Made by a program: the position numbers and the translations under genes. Of a stretch of 64,000 bases of DNA, positions 14,348 to 27,657 are shown one piece after another; position 1 is the stretch's first letter; each line of letters opens with the position of its first letter. This stretch comes from Octopus vulgaris (taxonomy: Eukaryota). A model generated the notes under the pieces. The model was given only the letters and a program-made list of their open reading frames with translations, was not told the origin of the DNA and did not search any database. The stretch is from positions 7,936,001 through 8,000,000 of the forward strand of contig OX597835.1 of the NCBI GenBank assembly GCA_951406725.2, read 5' to 3'.

Positions 14348-14730
14348 GGAGGCGCAATGGCCCAGTGGTTAGGGCAGCGGACTCGCGGTCATAGGATCGC
14401 GGTTTCGATTCCCAAACCGGGCGTTGTGAGTGTTTATTGAGCGAAAACACCTAAAAGCTCCACGAGGCTCCGGCAGGGGATGGTGGTGATCCCTGCTGTA
14501 CTCTTTCACCACAACTTTCTCTCATTCTTTCCTCCTGTTTCTGTTGTACCAGTATTTCAAAGGGCCGTCCTTGTCACTCTCTGTGTCACGCTGAGTATCC
14601 CCGAGAACTACGTTAAGGGTACACGTGTCTGTGGAGTGCTCAGCCACTTACACGTTAATTTCACGAGCAGGCTGTTCCGTTGATTCGGATCAACCGGAAC
14701 CCTCGTCGTCGTAACCGACGGAGTGCTTCC
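14348..14730 (+). mobile_element. SINE family B, full length
   Basis: Same sequence as 5128-5510; inserted in (TTTA)n. Confidence 0.92.
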
Positions 14731-14736
14731 ATCCAT

Positions 14737-14767
<31 letters not shown>

Positions 14768-15642
14768 TTGTCGATTCAATTATTCAGTAATTTTTTTTCT
14801 CGTGAGATTCATTAGATTGTGTGGTTGTATACTGCCAACATAATGTGACAGTCCCGTAAAGGGAATTACACCACCGCTATTTAGCCCTAGGAAGCATCGA
14901 CGCTTCCTGTCAGCTTTGACACATTTCCTGTGTCCTTATATTTTCGAAGGGGAGGCAAGCACCCCCACCAGCTAGGACACAGAAGAGTGGGTTGACAGCT
15001 CATTGCTAGGTATGGTCATAAATATTGTCATAGGTATCCCTTTTCCTCAAGAGAAAGGAAAAAAGACATTAGGAAGAGTTAATTTGATAGAAAGTAACTG
15101 TCTATTAAAAAAAAAGAGAAGCAGAGTAGGAGTAGAGTGTAAATCATGATGTTAATTACCAGTTAAAGGAGCAAGACACTAAGGAAACGTTTATTAGGGG
15201 CACGATGGGGGAACATTTATAAACAATATTGTTAATGTTGTATAAAAATAACATTTAAAATTCCAAACTAATATAACGAAAATAGATAAAAATGTGTTTA
15301 TATTATTATAAACATTAAAAAGGAAGATTATGTAGAATCAGTTTAATAGCCATTCTTGTGCTTAATTAATTAATTAATTAATTATTAGGTGTTTTTTGTA
15401 TATACTGCTCAAGGCTCTTACAAGTGGAATATCTGGAAAAATATACATATGAATTTCAAAGCATGAATCAGAAGCGCGATATCAAGATAATGGTAACACA
15501 TATACATATTTAAGCAAAAATTATAAAATCTAAAGTATTATAAATATAGAAATGCTCGAAAATTATGTTATGATATAAGTATGTGTAAAGCATAAAATTT
15601 GCATACAGATTCATATACAAAGAGGGTTTATATACATATAAA

Positions 15643-16013
15643 GGCGTAGGAGTGGCTGTGTGGTAAGTAGCTTGTTTACCAACCACATGTTTCCGGGTTC
15701 AGTCCCACTGCGTGGCACCTTAGGCAAGTGTCTTCTGCTATAGCCCCGGGCCGACCAATGCCTTGTGAATGGATTTGGTAGACGGAAACTGAAAAGAAGT
15801 CTGTCGTATGTATGTATATATATATGTATGTGTGTTTGTGTGTCTGTGTTTGTCCACACCAACATCGCTTGACAACCGATGCTGGTGTGTTTACGTCCCC
15901 GTCACTTAGCGGTTCGGCAAAAGAGACCGATAGAATAAGTACTAGGCTTACAAAGAATAAGTCCTGGGATCGATTTGCTCGACTAAAGGCGCTGCTCCAG
16001 CATGGCCACAGCT
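15643..16013 (+). mobile_element. tRNA-derived SINE family A, fused to a downstream LINE 3' end
   Basis: Head GGCG(C/T)AGGAGTGGCTGTGTGGTAAG..GGTTCAGTCCC, CORE-like ACCTT(A/G)GGCAAGT, internal (TA)(TG) tract. Confidence 0.9.
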
Positions 16014-16272
16014 TTTTAATATTCTCCCAAAGAGTCTGAGGAACTTGCACAAAGTAGATGTAGCGGTTTTTAAATCAAAGCTGGACATCTTCCTGTCAAG
16101 AGTCCCAGATGAACCTACCTCACGGCAAGAGGTGCAAATGAGAGTAGATGTATCAAACTCCATTCTTCACCAAGTGCCACATATTAGACGAGGTTCGTCG
16201 TAATAACAGTGTAGCACAAAACGGCGGTGCATCAGCATGGCCGCAGCTCTGAGCTGAAACTAGAAAAAAAAA
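16014..16272 (+). mobile_element. CR1-like LINE 3' end
   Basis: FNILPKSLRNLHKVDVAVFKSKLDIFLSRVPDEP...SNSILHQ; tail ggcggtgc..cagcatggccgcagctctgagctgaaac plus poly-A. Confidence 0.8.
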
Positions 16273-16499
16273 TATATATATATACATGCATACACACACA
16301 CAGATATGTGCATATATGCATATATACATATACACAAATATTTATACGCTTATATGAATATAATATATAGACCCAAGTAACTGAAAGATAACAATTTACG
16401 AACAAGAAAAATAACAATTTAAAAGGGATAAGAGGTTAATAAGTAAAGATATCAAAATAAGAAAACAAAATAAGAATTTATAGAAAATAATAATAAATA

Positions 16500-16505
16500 T
16501 CTATC

Positions 16506-16560
<55 letters not shown>

Positions 16561-16577
16561 TTATCTATTTATATATC

Positions 16578-16657
<80 letters not shown>

Positions 16658-16672
16658 ATATATATCTATCTG

Positions 16673-16739
<67 letters not shown>

Positions 16740-16925
16740 CTCCGCTCAGTCGAAGTCGACTCTCGGTTACTCGATGGATCAGTGTCCTCCAGTCAGTTCT
16801 ATCCTGGGCCACTTCTTTCAGATTGGCTATGTCCATTCCGGTATCACTCTTGATGGTGTCAAGCCAGCGGGTTCTTGGTCGGCCTCTTCCTCTCTTTCCA
16901 CTGACCATTCCGGGCATGTTGTCCT
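16500..16925 (-). mobile_element. RTE-clade LINE 3' end with (AGAT)n tail
   Basis: GMVSGKRGRGRPRTRWLDTIKSDTG..LKEVAQDRTDWRTLIHRVTESRLRL is a typical RTE/BovB C-terminus. Confidence 0.85.
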
Positions 16926-17025
16926 TAGCCTACATATAAAGTGACAGGGGATTAAGATTAGAGGTAGGGAAAAGATAAAGATAACCGCAAAACGGGGTTA
17001 ATAGGTATGGAAGTAGTGAGGACAG

Positions 17026-17250
17026 TTACTCTTTTACTCTTTTACTTGTTTCAGTCATTTGACTGCGGCCATGCTGGAGCACCGCCTTTAGTCGAGCAAA
17101 TCGACCCCAGGACTTATTCTTTGTAAGCCTAGTACTTATTCTATCGGTCTCTTTTGCCGAACCGCTAAGTTAGAGGGACGTTAACACACCAGCATCGGTT
17201 GTCAAACGATGTTGGGGTGGACAAACACAGACACTCAAACATATACATAC

Positions 17251-17300
<50 letters not shown>

Positions 17301-17463
17301 GACGGGCTTCTTTCAGTTTCCGTCTACCAAATCCACTCACAAAGCTTTGGTCGGCCCGAGGCTATAGTAGAAGACATTTGCCCAAGGTGCCACGCAGTGG
17401 GACTGAACCCGGAAACATGTGGTTGATAAGCAAGCTACTTACCACACAACCACTTCTGCGCCT
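17026..17463 (-). mobile_element. SINE family A, full length
   Basis: Head, internal TA/TG tract and tail gcatggccgcagtcaaatgactgaaacaagt(aaaagagt)n. Further copies at ~4761-4935(+), 26159-26690(+, rearranged), 28429-28840(+) and 37480-37660(-, decayed). Confidence 0.92.
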
Positions 17464-18198
17464 TGTTTGTTGTAAACCACTACGCCATATGCCCACGAGC
17501 ATATGGCGTAGTGGTTAAGAGCGCGGGATACTGAATAAAGGATCTGAACATTTATTCAGATGTGTATCGTGCACTGTGTTGTATTATTTGTGTGTGTTGT
17601 GTGCTGCTCCTAATTAGAAATCTGAACTCAAGACTTCAACTAACGATAAGGCACTATTTATTTCAGCCAGTTGGAGGACTTACACCTAGGGCATCCACCT
17701 GGTGAAAATAGTAGTCTAATCTCACTCAAATTCCACCTTATAGTCTTAAAAAAATATAAAAGTACATCGTGTATTGCATATAGTCGGTTTTTTTATCCTT
17801 AAGAATACAAATAATCATGTGAAAGAATATTTTTTATGTTATATCAGGGAATAGAAACTGATCTGCAGTTAATTAACAACAATAATAATAACAACACATA
17901 ATGTTAATCAGTTAAAACTTCGTATACAGTAGTGATTTGGTAGTGTGGAGATCGTAGGACAATTTCTGTGTAAAATTACAGCTCATAACATTTTGAATTC
18001 AAATACCGCCATCACCAAATTTGTCATTCAGCTTCCGGGAGTCTTACAAGATATAGTAGAGGTTGAGTATGTGGGACAGTCGAATCAACTATGTTTCCCA
18101 AATCTAAAACGTCATCCCATGTTAAATGTTATTAAAAAGAAAAATTTATGCGATTGACTGAACCAAGTATCGGATAAAATACCTCTTGGTATTTAGTA

Positions 18199-18345
18199 CG
18201 CCGAGGTCGACTTTGCCTTTCATCCTTTCGGGGTCGATTAAATAAGTACCAGTTACGCACTGGGGTCGATATAATCGACTTAATACCTATGTCTGTCCTT
18301 GTTTGTCCCCTCTGTGTTTAACCCCTTGTGGGTAGTAAAGAAATA
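18199..18345 (+). mobile_element. SINE family C, 5'-truncated, with 13-bp TSD ggtatttagtacg
   Basis: TSD at 18188-18200 and 18346-18358. Confidence 0.88.
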
Positions 18346-18744
18346 GGTATTTAGTACGTCTCCTTACTTTCTTAGTTCGAGTCCTGCCAAGGTCAATTTA
18401 CAAAATGATAAACGCAGTACAAGGCTAAAAACAAAGAAATTAGAGGTGGAGACTCATGAAACAAATCATCACACAACCCTACAGCAACGAAATAACAAGC
18501 ATTTCCAGCAAAACAAACAACATAAACGTTACAAACACCCCCAACAAATGAAAACACTTAGCAATCCAGACCCATAACATGAACAGCACTTCCAAGTCTT
18601 CCGGTATCAATAGAGTGCCAATTAGGTACCTGGGTAAATAGAATCGACAACAAACAACCCTCACCTCTGTTTAAGATTAATATTTAGAACTGGTTGCAAC
18701 ATCCGGTCTTGCCCCATGTTTATAAATTCTTAAAATATATTCAA

Positions 18745-19046
18745 CTAGCAGTATTGCCCGGCGTTGCTCGGGTTTGTAAGGGAAATAACTATATAAGCAT
18801 TTTTAGAGAGTTACTTCCCTTATATAATAGCAAAAAAAATGCATTAAAAATGGGAAAAATTTATGGTAATTTTTTTCAAATCGTAGACTCATCGTAGACG
18901 CGCGCTAATACCCAGAAGAGCTCGATATGAATCACGACTATAAGATACCCGGTTTTGGTTAAACTGCACCGCAAAATGTGGGAGTAGTTAGGAATCTAAA
19001 TCGTAGGAGACAGACACTCACACAATTTCACTTTTATATATAAAGA
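18745..19046 (-). mobile_element. Non-autonomous Helitron
   Basis: On the minus strand A|TCTTTATATATA...CCCGAGCAACGCCGGG (subterminal hairpin)...CTAG|T, no TSD; second copy at 62206-62600. Confidence 0.88.
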
Positions 19047-19603
19047 TAGGATTTGAGTATATTTTATCATTTAGTTAGGAGCTAGTGAAGGGCTCCTAAG
19101 ACCGTGGTTAGTGAGAGGAGAGGGAAACCTCAAAAGTGGTGGCCTGAATACTTGCAACAGGTCAGTAGATTTCGCTAAACCTTTCACACGACCAGGTGGT
19201 GCTGTTAATCCGCTTATTGGATTAAATCTACATTCAGATAGACCGCAGTACGATTTGCACTTGAATACACTAAATACACCACACACACAAACACACACAC
19301 ACGAATAAATATTGCAAAGTTTCCGTCCAGCAAAGGCTCAAACGATTCCATTAGTCTGTAGTTCAAAAGTGGAATTTCAGTTATTTATTCTAACATAATA
19401 AAATCAAAGTTCATCGGCGGGATTTGAACTCAAGAAAAGAAAAGAAAAGACATACAACACACAGTGATGTCCAGTTCGATGCCTTGACCTCTTTGTCAGT
19501 TTCTCACAGTGCTACAGACTGCAGTTGGTCAAGGAACGAGGAGTCACTCAGAACTTGTTCTCAAGCAATTCAGTGGCGTCATTCAGGTGTTCCTAGTAAT
19601 GGC

Positions 19604-19740
<137 letters not shown>

Positions 19741-19799
19741 AGATCCTTTCTACTATAGGCAAAATGCCTGAAATTGTAGAGGAGGGGAAAATTGTGGAA

Positions 19800-22700
19800 T
19801 GTTTGACAAACGGCGACCACTCCTGGTCACCGTCTAGGAAGCACTGGAGATGACGTAGCCGCAGCAGCGCATATTTGTGCATCAGCAACCACGGCATGCC
19901 TATTCCTGCGGCGGGTGTTAACAGTACGTGACCAATGGAACGTGTTCTTTCTACAGAAAGCGGAAGAATATGGGCTCCAATTTGGTCAGACGTAAACCGG
20001 AGTAAGGTACGATGGTCAGATGTAAGCATTCGCACACTCCGCTTGACCTTTCAGAGGCGGCTTTCTCTCGGCCCATTTCTGGATGAGATTGGACCCAGTT
20101 CGTCATGTCGTCCCTGTTCTTCTCCACCTGCAGATCTGGACCAAACCAAACCCCAAGCAATTTAAACGGTCCCTCCGTCCAGCTTCTTACAGCGTTATTG
20201 GACGGCATGGGCCTTCCTCTCCAGGTGCCGAGCTGCAGTCTCCCTGACTTTCCTTCTTAAATTTTTGCTCCTGTTACTGCCTCGTTTTCTCTTAAAGCAG
20301 TGCTGTGAAGGCCTATGTGCCTGGTATTCGACCCTAGTATTCGACATTATGATGGTGGTGTCTGTGTATACCAACGCAGTTTTCCCTCGTCCTAGTTCGT
20401 GCGGGATGTCTCCCAACGCCTCTAATTTTCACTGTAGCAGCTCTGGATTCAGGACATACAGAGGAGACAAGAGTAGATACTCTTGATACTCGGTCCACCG
20501 AGTGCATGATGCTATATGATTCTTCTATGTAACTATTCATTCGAATTTCCGAGCAAATTCAGCCATGGGAAACGGGACCGAAACCAGCCGCTGTGAGAAC
20601 AGCGGCCGCCAAGTTTTCTTGGTCGGCACTTTTGAAGGTATTAGATTGATCCAAATGGATCAGAGCCCCACACATACCAGCTTTTTTTTTACCCACCCTG
20701 TCTATGATGCATCATATGAGTTGGAGGTTTTTGTGGATAAAGCTGCTTGAGTAATGTGTCACCAATCAGTTCCTCTCCGATAAACGCTAACCTCTTTAAT
20801 AATAGGCCAAACTTTTGGGCCTAAAATTTTCTATTTGATCCCCCTCGTTTGGGTCCTTTCTCATTGCTCTGGCAATGCACCATTCGTGCATAGCGATGAA
20901 TAATTGATTCAGGGCCAATTTCGCCACCAGCACGTCGGTTACGATATCTTTCCTAAGCGTCTCTCCTAAGTTTCTAACTTTGCCCTTTATTTCATTCTAT
21001 AGTTAAACCCTTACTAAACTCACTTGATTCTACTCTAATTATCCTTTTTTATGGCAAACCACCATTTATTGTTGATGACTGTCTCCTTCAACGCCCGCTT
21101 AAATAATCCCGACTCTCAAAGCTTGGCAAGTTGTGATTGACGTCTTAAACTTCCAGTAGCCGGGTCCCTGCCAACGAAGTCTAAGTCGACCATGCAGATC
21201 ACAAATTTGTAGTCTGTGAGGCTGACGTTGTTGAAAGGTGGACAACTTATACTATCCTTATCTACTGGCCATCTGTATACTCTATCAAGTACGACCTAGA
21301 TTGATTGAATGCTACATTCCATACTGCCCGAATAGTAGAGCGCTGTAATAGTTTCCCAGATACCAAGTGTTCTGTCTCAGTTTTCAAACAGCTGAACTGA
21401 GGCTCTGTGAAGGAGAGTAGCGGAGATACTGCGGCCTCGGTGAATGTCTGATCACCATCAGCCACGCCATGCCCAGTTCTCTGGATGTTGGCAGCAATTT
21501 AAATGCCTGACCAATGGGAGGTGTCCCTTCTACAAAACCAGGAAGACGACGTCAGCCTGAACTAGATAATGGAGACGTTGTAGGTGTTCACATCGAATGC
21601 CCAAATTTTCAGGAATAACTTTCTCCTGGTCTCTTTCTTGCTAAGACTGGTTGAACTCTCATCACCTTGTGTCAGTTCTTACACTGGACGACTGGACCAA
21701 ACCAGATGCAATGTAATTTAACCACTGCCCTAAAAGGTTCAGAGACCATCTTAAGCATGTTCTCAACATCTGTAACATTCAACCGGCACAACTTGAACTC
21801 TTTGCTCGTAACTGGCAAACCTTGCGCTCCCCCCTGCGACGAAGGGGCTGCACACTTTGAACTAATCCGACGTGAAAAACTTGAGGAACAGAGACGTCAA
21901 CGTCATCTCAAACTTACCAAGTGTGTTCATGGACATACCGTAACAGGATCGGACGATTTTCACATTCTATCAACTCACTAAATGTAGGATAAGACTCTAA
22001 GAGGACAAAGTGGTCGTCAACATTGTCGGACAGCCATAAGCAAGTAACCAAGTAAGTCTATGCTGGATTTGGGGCGATAAGTACTCACGGCTACATCATC
22101 GAAATCTTGGGAGTTTCTAATGAGGACCGATTTGTTTGACTCTTTTTCTTCTTCTTTCCGTTTTTACGGAGATAATTTTCCATTTTTCCGCATTGTTGTC
22201 CTCATTACACAAATTATCTGAATGGAGGAGGACTATGTTTCATCGAATGTGGCTGGAGGATTTTGTCGCTGATGCTGATGATGCTGTTCTTGTTATTGTT
22301 GTCAAGAAGAGGGTTCTGTGACTTCAGTTAGTGATGCAGGATTTTGCTGCTGCAGCTTGTTTGTTTGTTTGTTGAGCGAAGCGGCCTTCGTCCCAGAATG
22401 GGAGAAGTCCGAAACGTGGTCTTTTGCTACTCGTAAGACCCGCAGAAGAGAAAGCTGGTCAACCCCTGACACCGAGAGCATCGACGGATGGATGAATCCG
22501 CATCCAGGCTCAGTGGTTGCGTAGGAAGTCGGGGATAAGAAACAAGAAGAAAGAGTGAGAGAAAGTTGGAGCGAAAGAGTACAACAGGGGTCACCCACCA
22601 CCCCCTGCCGGAGCCTCGTGGAGCTTTAGGTGTTTTCGCTCAATAAACACACACAACGCCCGGTCTGGGAATCGAAACTGCGAGTCCGCTGCCCTAACCA

Positions 22701-23020
22701 CTGAGCCATTGCGCCGCCACTGCTGCTGCAGCTCCTGTTGCAAGTGTGTGTTATTGTTCATACTTATCAAGCTGTGGTGTTAGTAGGAATGGAGGACTTC
22801 TTTCATTTACCCTCGGTCATGGACAGAAAGCCATGTGGCAGATGGTTACACACGTGACATTATGGCCTTCGACCTTTTACCTCCACATACAAATGGACCC
22901 CACATGGAAAGCGAATCAAGTTGAAGATGGCTTCGATTTTCTCCTGATCTGTTCGGATGAAGACCTCCATTCGTATTCCCGAGCAGTTTTCTTTGCGCGT
23001 CTCCTCTTCAATGTTGTCAC
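19800..23020 (-). mobile_element. Cluster of highly decayed Tx1/L1-like LINE fragments, interrupted by SINE B
   Basis: WTEGPFKLLGVWFGPDLQVEKN, GIGMPWLLMHKYALLRLRHL, a second ..IWFGP..Q.KN piece near 21700, and an ORF1-like VKGRRP*CHVCNH knuckle near 22850; many stops and frameshifts. Confidence 0.5.
22358..22720 (-). mobile_element. SINE family B variant with alternative 3' half and (AAAC)n tail
   Basis: Same tRNA head; TSD tgctgctgcagct at 22345-22357 and 22721-22733. Confidence 0.85.
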
Positions 23021-23039
23021 ATACAGTTGCTACCAACCT

Positions 23040-23274
23040 TTTTTCTTTACTACCCACAAGGGGCTAAACACAGAGGGGACAAAACAAGGACAGACAAAAG
23101 ATTTAAGTCGATTGCATCGACTCCAGTGCGTAACAGGTATTTAATTTATCGACCCCGAAAGGATGAAAGGCAAAGTCGACCTCGGCGGAATTTGAACTCA
23201 GAACGTAACGGCAGACGAAATACGGCTACGCATTTCGCCCGGCGTGCTAACGTTCCTGCCAGCTCGCCGCCCTC
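23040..23274 (-). mobile_element. SINE family C, full length, 17-bp TSD
   Basis: TSD acagttgctaccaacct at 23023-23039 and 23275-23291. Confidence 0.92.
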
Positions 23275-24555
23275 ACAGTTGCTACCAACCTGCAGATGTT
23301 TATTTCAGGAGTACAATTACCACCCTTACCTTTGCCACTAGTCAGCCAAGATACGTGGGTTTTAGAAATAATTCCTCATTTTTGCGAGAAACTGTGTATT
23401 GTTACTTCGATCTCCGTCGGAGATCTGACACCTACCTTTACTGAAATGTCTGTGGCGAGTGCTAAATGTCCTTTAAATCAGAAAGAAATCTTGGCATCTT
23501 TGTACTAGTGCAATTCGCCTACTACTGTGCACCTGGTTCTTCTAAAATGATGCAGGTTTTCTCACAAAATTGATGAAGAACTTTCATACACCACCAACTA
23601 TGTAGTTACTTTGAACAGTATCATGTTGTGCAGTTGACTTAAACCTCATCGTAAAGCACTAAAACTTCTGTATGGAACACTAGTAATCCATTTGGGACAC
23701 GTTGTGTTACATAACTGAGCTAAATGTCACGAAGAAGTAAGCAGTTTTCTTTGTCAAGTTGTCTGCGATAAACAAGGGTCGCGTCAAGTAGGGGACTATC
23801 ACTCGGTATCATAACTGTTCAGGTTGTTGTACTTTGGTCAATACTACCTTATCTCATTGACGCATTGGAGGATAAACACCACTACCACCACCACCACCTA
23901 CACCACCACCACCACTACTAACACCACCACCGCCCTCACAACAAGAACTAGCAGTATTACCATAATCATCATAGTCACTGCTATGTCCCTCACTGTCGCC
24001 ACCTCTATAGCTACCGCCAAGACTATAATCACTAGCACTGTTGCCGTAACCACCACCAGCAGCACCACTACCACAACGATAATTACTACTCTTACTGCCG
24101 CTATCGTCCCAATTGCTATCACTACTTTCACAGCTACCACTACAACTACCACGACCATCACCACCACCCTGTTCTAACACAAGCTTTTACTATGACCACT
24201 TCTATTTTCACAACTAACACTTATCACCCTAACTACCAACGTTACTTCCACAAAGTATACCCTGACTCGCGCTACTACCAGCATCAGGGCTTCTTTCTAG
24301 ACATGGAACACACAAGAAGGGGACACGAGGCCATGGTTGAATAATCTTTGCCGAGATCCACTCAGAACTTTCTCTGCCAACTTTATCGCAATCAATCACA
24401 AATCTAATTTATTTAGAATAAAAATTACTTCACTTTATGCAGAGAAGAATCTATACATATAAGTATGTATAAAGTATGTATAACAACATGAATAACAGTA
24501 TGTTTATACACAGATGCACGTCAAATAAGGCTTATGTAAGCATTCTATATATATA

Positions 24556-24943
24556 GGCGCAGGAGTGGCTGTGTGGTAAGTAGCTTGCTAACCAACCACA
24601 TGGTTTCGGGTTCAGTCCCACTGCGTGGCATCTTGGGCAAGTGTCTTCTGCTATAGCGCCGGGCTGACCAATGCCTTGTGAGTGGATTTGGTAGCCGGAA
24701 ACTTAAAGAAGCCTGTCGTATATATGTATATATATATATGTGTGTGTGTGTTTGTGTGTCTGTGTTTGTCCCCCTAGCATTGCTTGACAACCGATGCTGG
24801 TGTGTTTATGTCCCCGTCACTTGGCGGTTCGGCAAGAGAGACCGATAGAATAAGTACTAGGCTTACAAAAGAATAAGTCCCGGGGTCCAGCATGGCCGCA
24901 GTCAAATGACTGAAACAAGTAAGAGTAAGAGTAAGTAAGAGTA
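24556..24943 (+). mobile_element. SINE family A
   Basis: Head, body and tail as at 17026-17463. Confidence 0.9.
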
Positions 24944-25157
24944 TATCTACATATATATATCTACGTGTACGTGAGTTGTCTGTATGTCACCTTGTATTCC
25001 TAAAGCACAAAACGCGTGCGCACGAAACTACCTATTTATAATTTGCCACAATGCATAAGGAAGTTTGTATGACATTTGCTTTGAGAAATAGCAGCCAAAT
25101 TTCCCCCACAGCTTAGAGTGCTCTTCAAGACGAAAGGAAAAACATTGTTGAAATGAA

Positions 25158-25294
<137 letters not shown>

Positions 25295-26009
25295 TATGCA
25301 TATAGTTTTGTTTAAGAATTATATATACATATATACACGCAAGTATATGTGTGGACATGCAGAGAGATGGAGAATATCTGTGACTAACGGGGAACGTCTG
25401 TTCAATGAAACCTGAAAATATGTTCCGTGATGAGATGACAGTTTTCTAGTTATAGATGATCTTAGCTAACGGGAGATCTCAGAAAGAAGAAAAAATTGCT
25501 TGTTTTGTAGAAACTATAGAAACAAGATAACTATCAATAACATTGTGAAACTCTTTATATTATATCCATAGCGGAAAATCGTCAGTTATATTTCCAGATT
25601 ACCCATGAATCGTAGAAAATTCCCAGCTTAGTCAAAGCGGATCTCTCAATCATTGATTTCAGAAAACTTCCTATAGATTCTCTTATTCAATACAATGATG
25701 TAATAACTAAAGTAATTTCGAACACTATCACACCACCCCACTACACCATACACCATCATACCACACAACACCACATCACATACACTAGCACTGACCACTT
25801 CCCAGCCCCACGTCCACACACCTACACATACACACACGCACACGTCAAGGTCACCAGCCCTCTTTCACACGCACATACATACTCGTTTTGGGATCACCGC
25901 TACTTTATTTATCTCCCCTTCTTCCTAGCTCTCCTGTGTGACCCCTCTCTCCGGCATTCGCCATGATAGATCGCTAGCCACTACACATTCTTTATTTTCT
26001 CTCCTTGTT

Positions 26010-26047
26010 TCTTTCTGTGGAAGAGCGTAGGCTCGAAACGTTAAAGA
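26010..26047 (+). ncRNA. Variant minimal hammerhead motif (family H2, element ~25860-26140 ending at (TA)n)
   Basis: tcttt CTGTGGA A GAGC gtag GCTC GAAAC GT T aaaga. Confidence 0.6.
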
Positions 26048-26444
26048 CTTTTTCACTTCCCAAGCGTTAAACTAATACATCTGTTTGTTGTCTACATCAC
26101 CTGTCTTCGTCATTTGCTTTTTTTGTGACTTTTCCCCATATATATATATATATATATAGGCGCAGGAGTGGCTGTGTGGTAAGTAGCTTGCTTACCTACC
26201 ACCTTGGGCAAGTGTCTTCTACTATAGCCTCGGGCCAAGCAAAGCCTTGTGAGTGGAATTTGGTAGACGGAAACTGAAAGAAGCCCGTCGTTTATATGTA
26301 TATGTGTTTACGTCCCCGCAAATTAGCGGTTCGACAAAAGTTCCACTGCATGGCACTTAGGCAAGTGTCTTCTACTATAGCCTCGGGCCGACCAAAGCCA
26401 TATGAAGTGGATTTAGTTGACGGAAACTGAAAGAAGCCCGTCGC

Positions 26445-26493
<49 letters not shown>

Positions 26494-27274
26494 TATGTAT
26501 ATGTGTGTTTGTGTATGCTTGTGTGTAGGTTCCCCACCGTCGCTTTGACAACCGATGCTGGTGTGTTTACGGCCCCCATAACTTAGCGGTTCGGCAAAAG
26601 AATGAATACTAGAGTTGATATGTTCGACTAAAGGGCGGTGCTCTAGCATGGCCGCAGACAAATGACTGAAACAAGTAAAAGAATAAAAGAATGCACGCAC
26701 GTGCAGACAGACCTCATATGTAACAACCCATTCAGTCATAGGAACGTAATTGTCTGAGTAGGGAAGAAGAAAGCGTTTAAACGAGTGACTTGACTGGGTC
26801 ATAGCGTATCACCAACACAGTCATTCATTTTCGTTGACATACGATCATTTGTACATTTTTTGTTCAAATTCTGCTGTATTTTTAATATAAATTTTAATGT
26901 CAGGCGTAGTTTTATATTTGTATATATATATCCCAAATATTTCTTTGCAAATATTATATGTTCAAAATGTAACTTTAGAAAGCACATATTATTCCATTAT
27001 TAATCAAACAAGGCAACTTATTCAACGGTAAAAAAAACGAAAAAAAAACTGGACTTACAACTATCTTTTCAAAAAGGGGAAACCAGCATTATGTTACCGA
27101 AGCGAATATTTTACAATTTAGAACTGGCATTCTATTGTCACTTAAAATACATAAAATTACTCTTATTTCACAAATAAGTAATTCACACACTCACACACAC
27201 TTATACGCAATTTTGAGTGTGTACGTATATATGTATGTATGTATGTGTGTTTGTGTATGTATGTGTATATGTAT

Positions 27275-27657
27275 GGAGGCGCAATGGCCCAGTGGTTAGG
27301 GCAGCGGACTCGCGGTCGGAGGGTCGCGGTTTCGATTCCCAGACCGGGCATTGTGAGTGTTTATTGAGCGAAAACACCTAAAAGCTCCACGAGGCTCCGG
27401 CAGGGGATGGTGGTGATCCCTGCTGTACTCTTTCACCACAACTTTCTCTCACTCTTACTTCCTGTTTCTGTTGTACCTGTATTTCAAAGGGCCGGCCTTG
27501 TCACTCTCTGTGTCACGCTGAATATCCCCGAGAACTACGTTAAGGGTACACGTGTCTGTGGAGTGCTCAGCCACTTACACGTTAATTTCACGAGCAGGCT
27601 GTTCCGTTGATTCGGATCAACCGGAACTCTCATCGTCGTAACCGACGGAGTGCTTCC
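27275..27657 (+). mobile_element. SINE family B, full length
   Basis: As 14348-14730; flanked by tgtgtatatgtat on both sides. Confidence 0.92.

Noticed and set aside
14480-14683. Recurrent 67-aa ORF MVVIPAVLFHH... (three copies)
   Set aside because: Lies inside SINE B; it recurs because the element does, not because it codes.
23824-24180. Thr-rich mucin-like and Gly/Ser-rich ORFs
   Set aside because: Decayed (ACC/ACT)n low-complexity DNA without splice or domain support.
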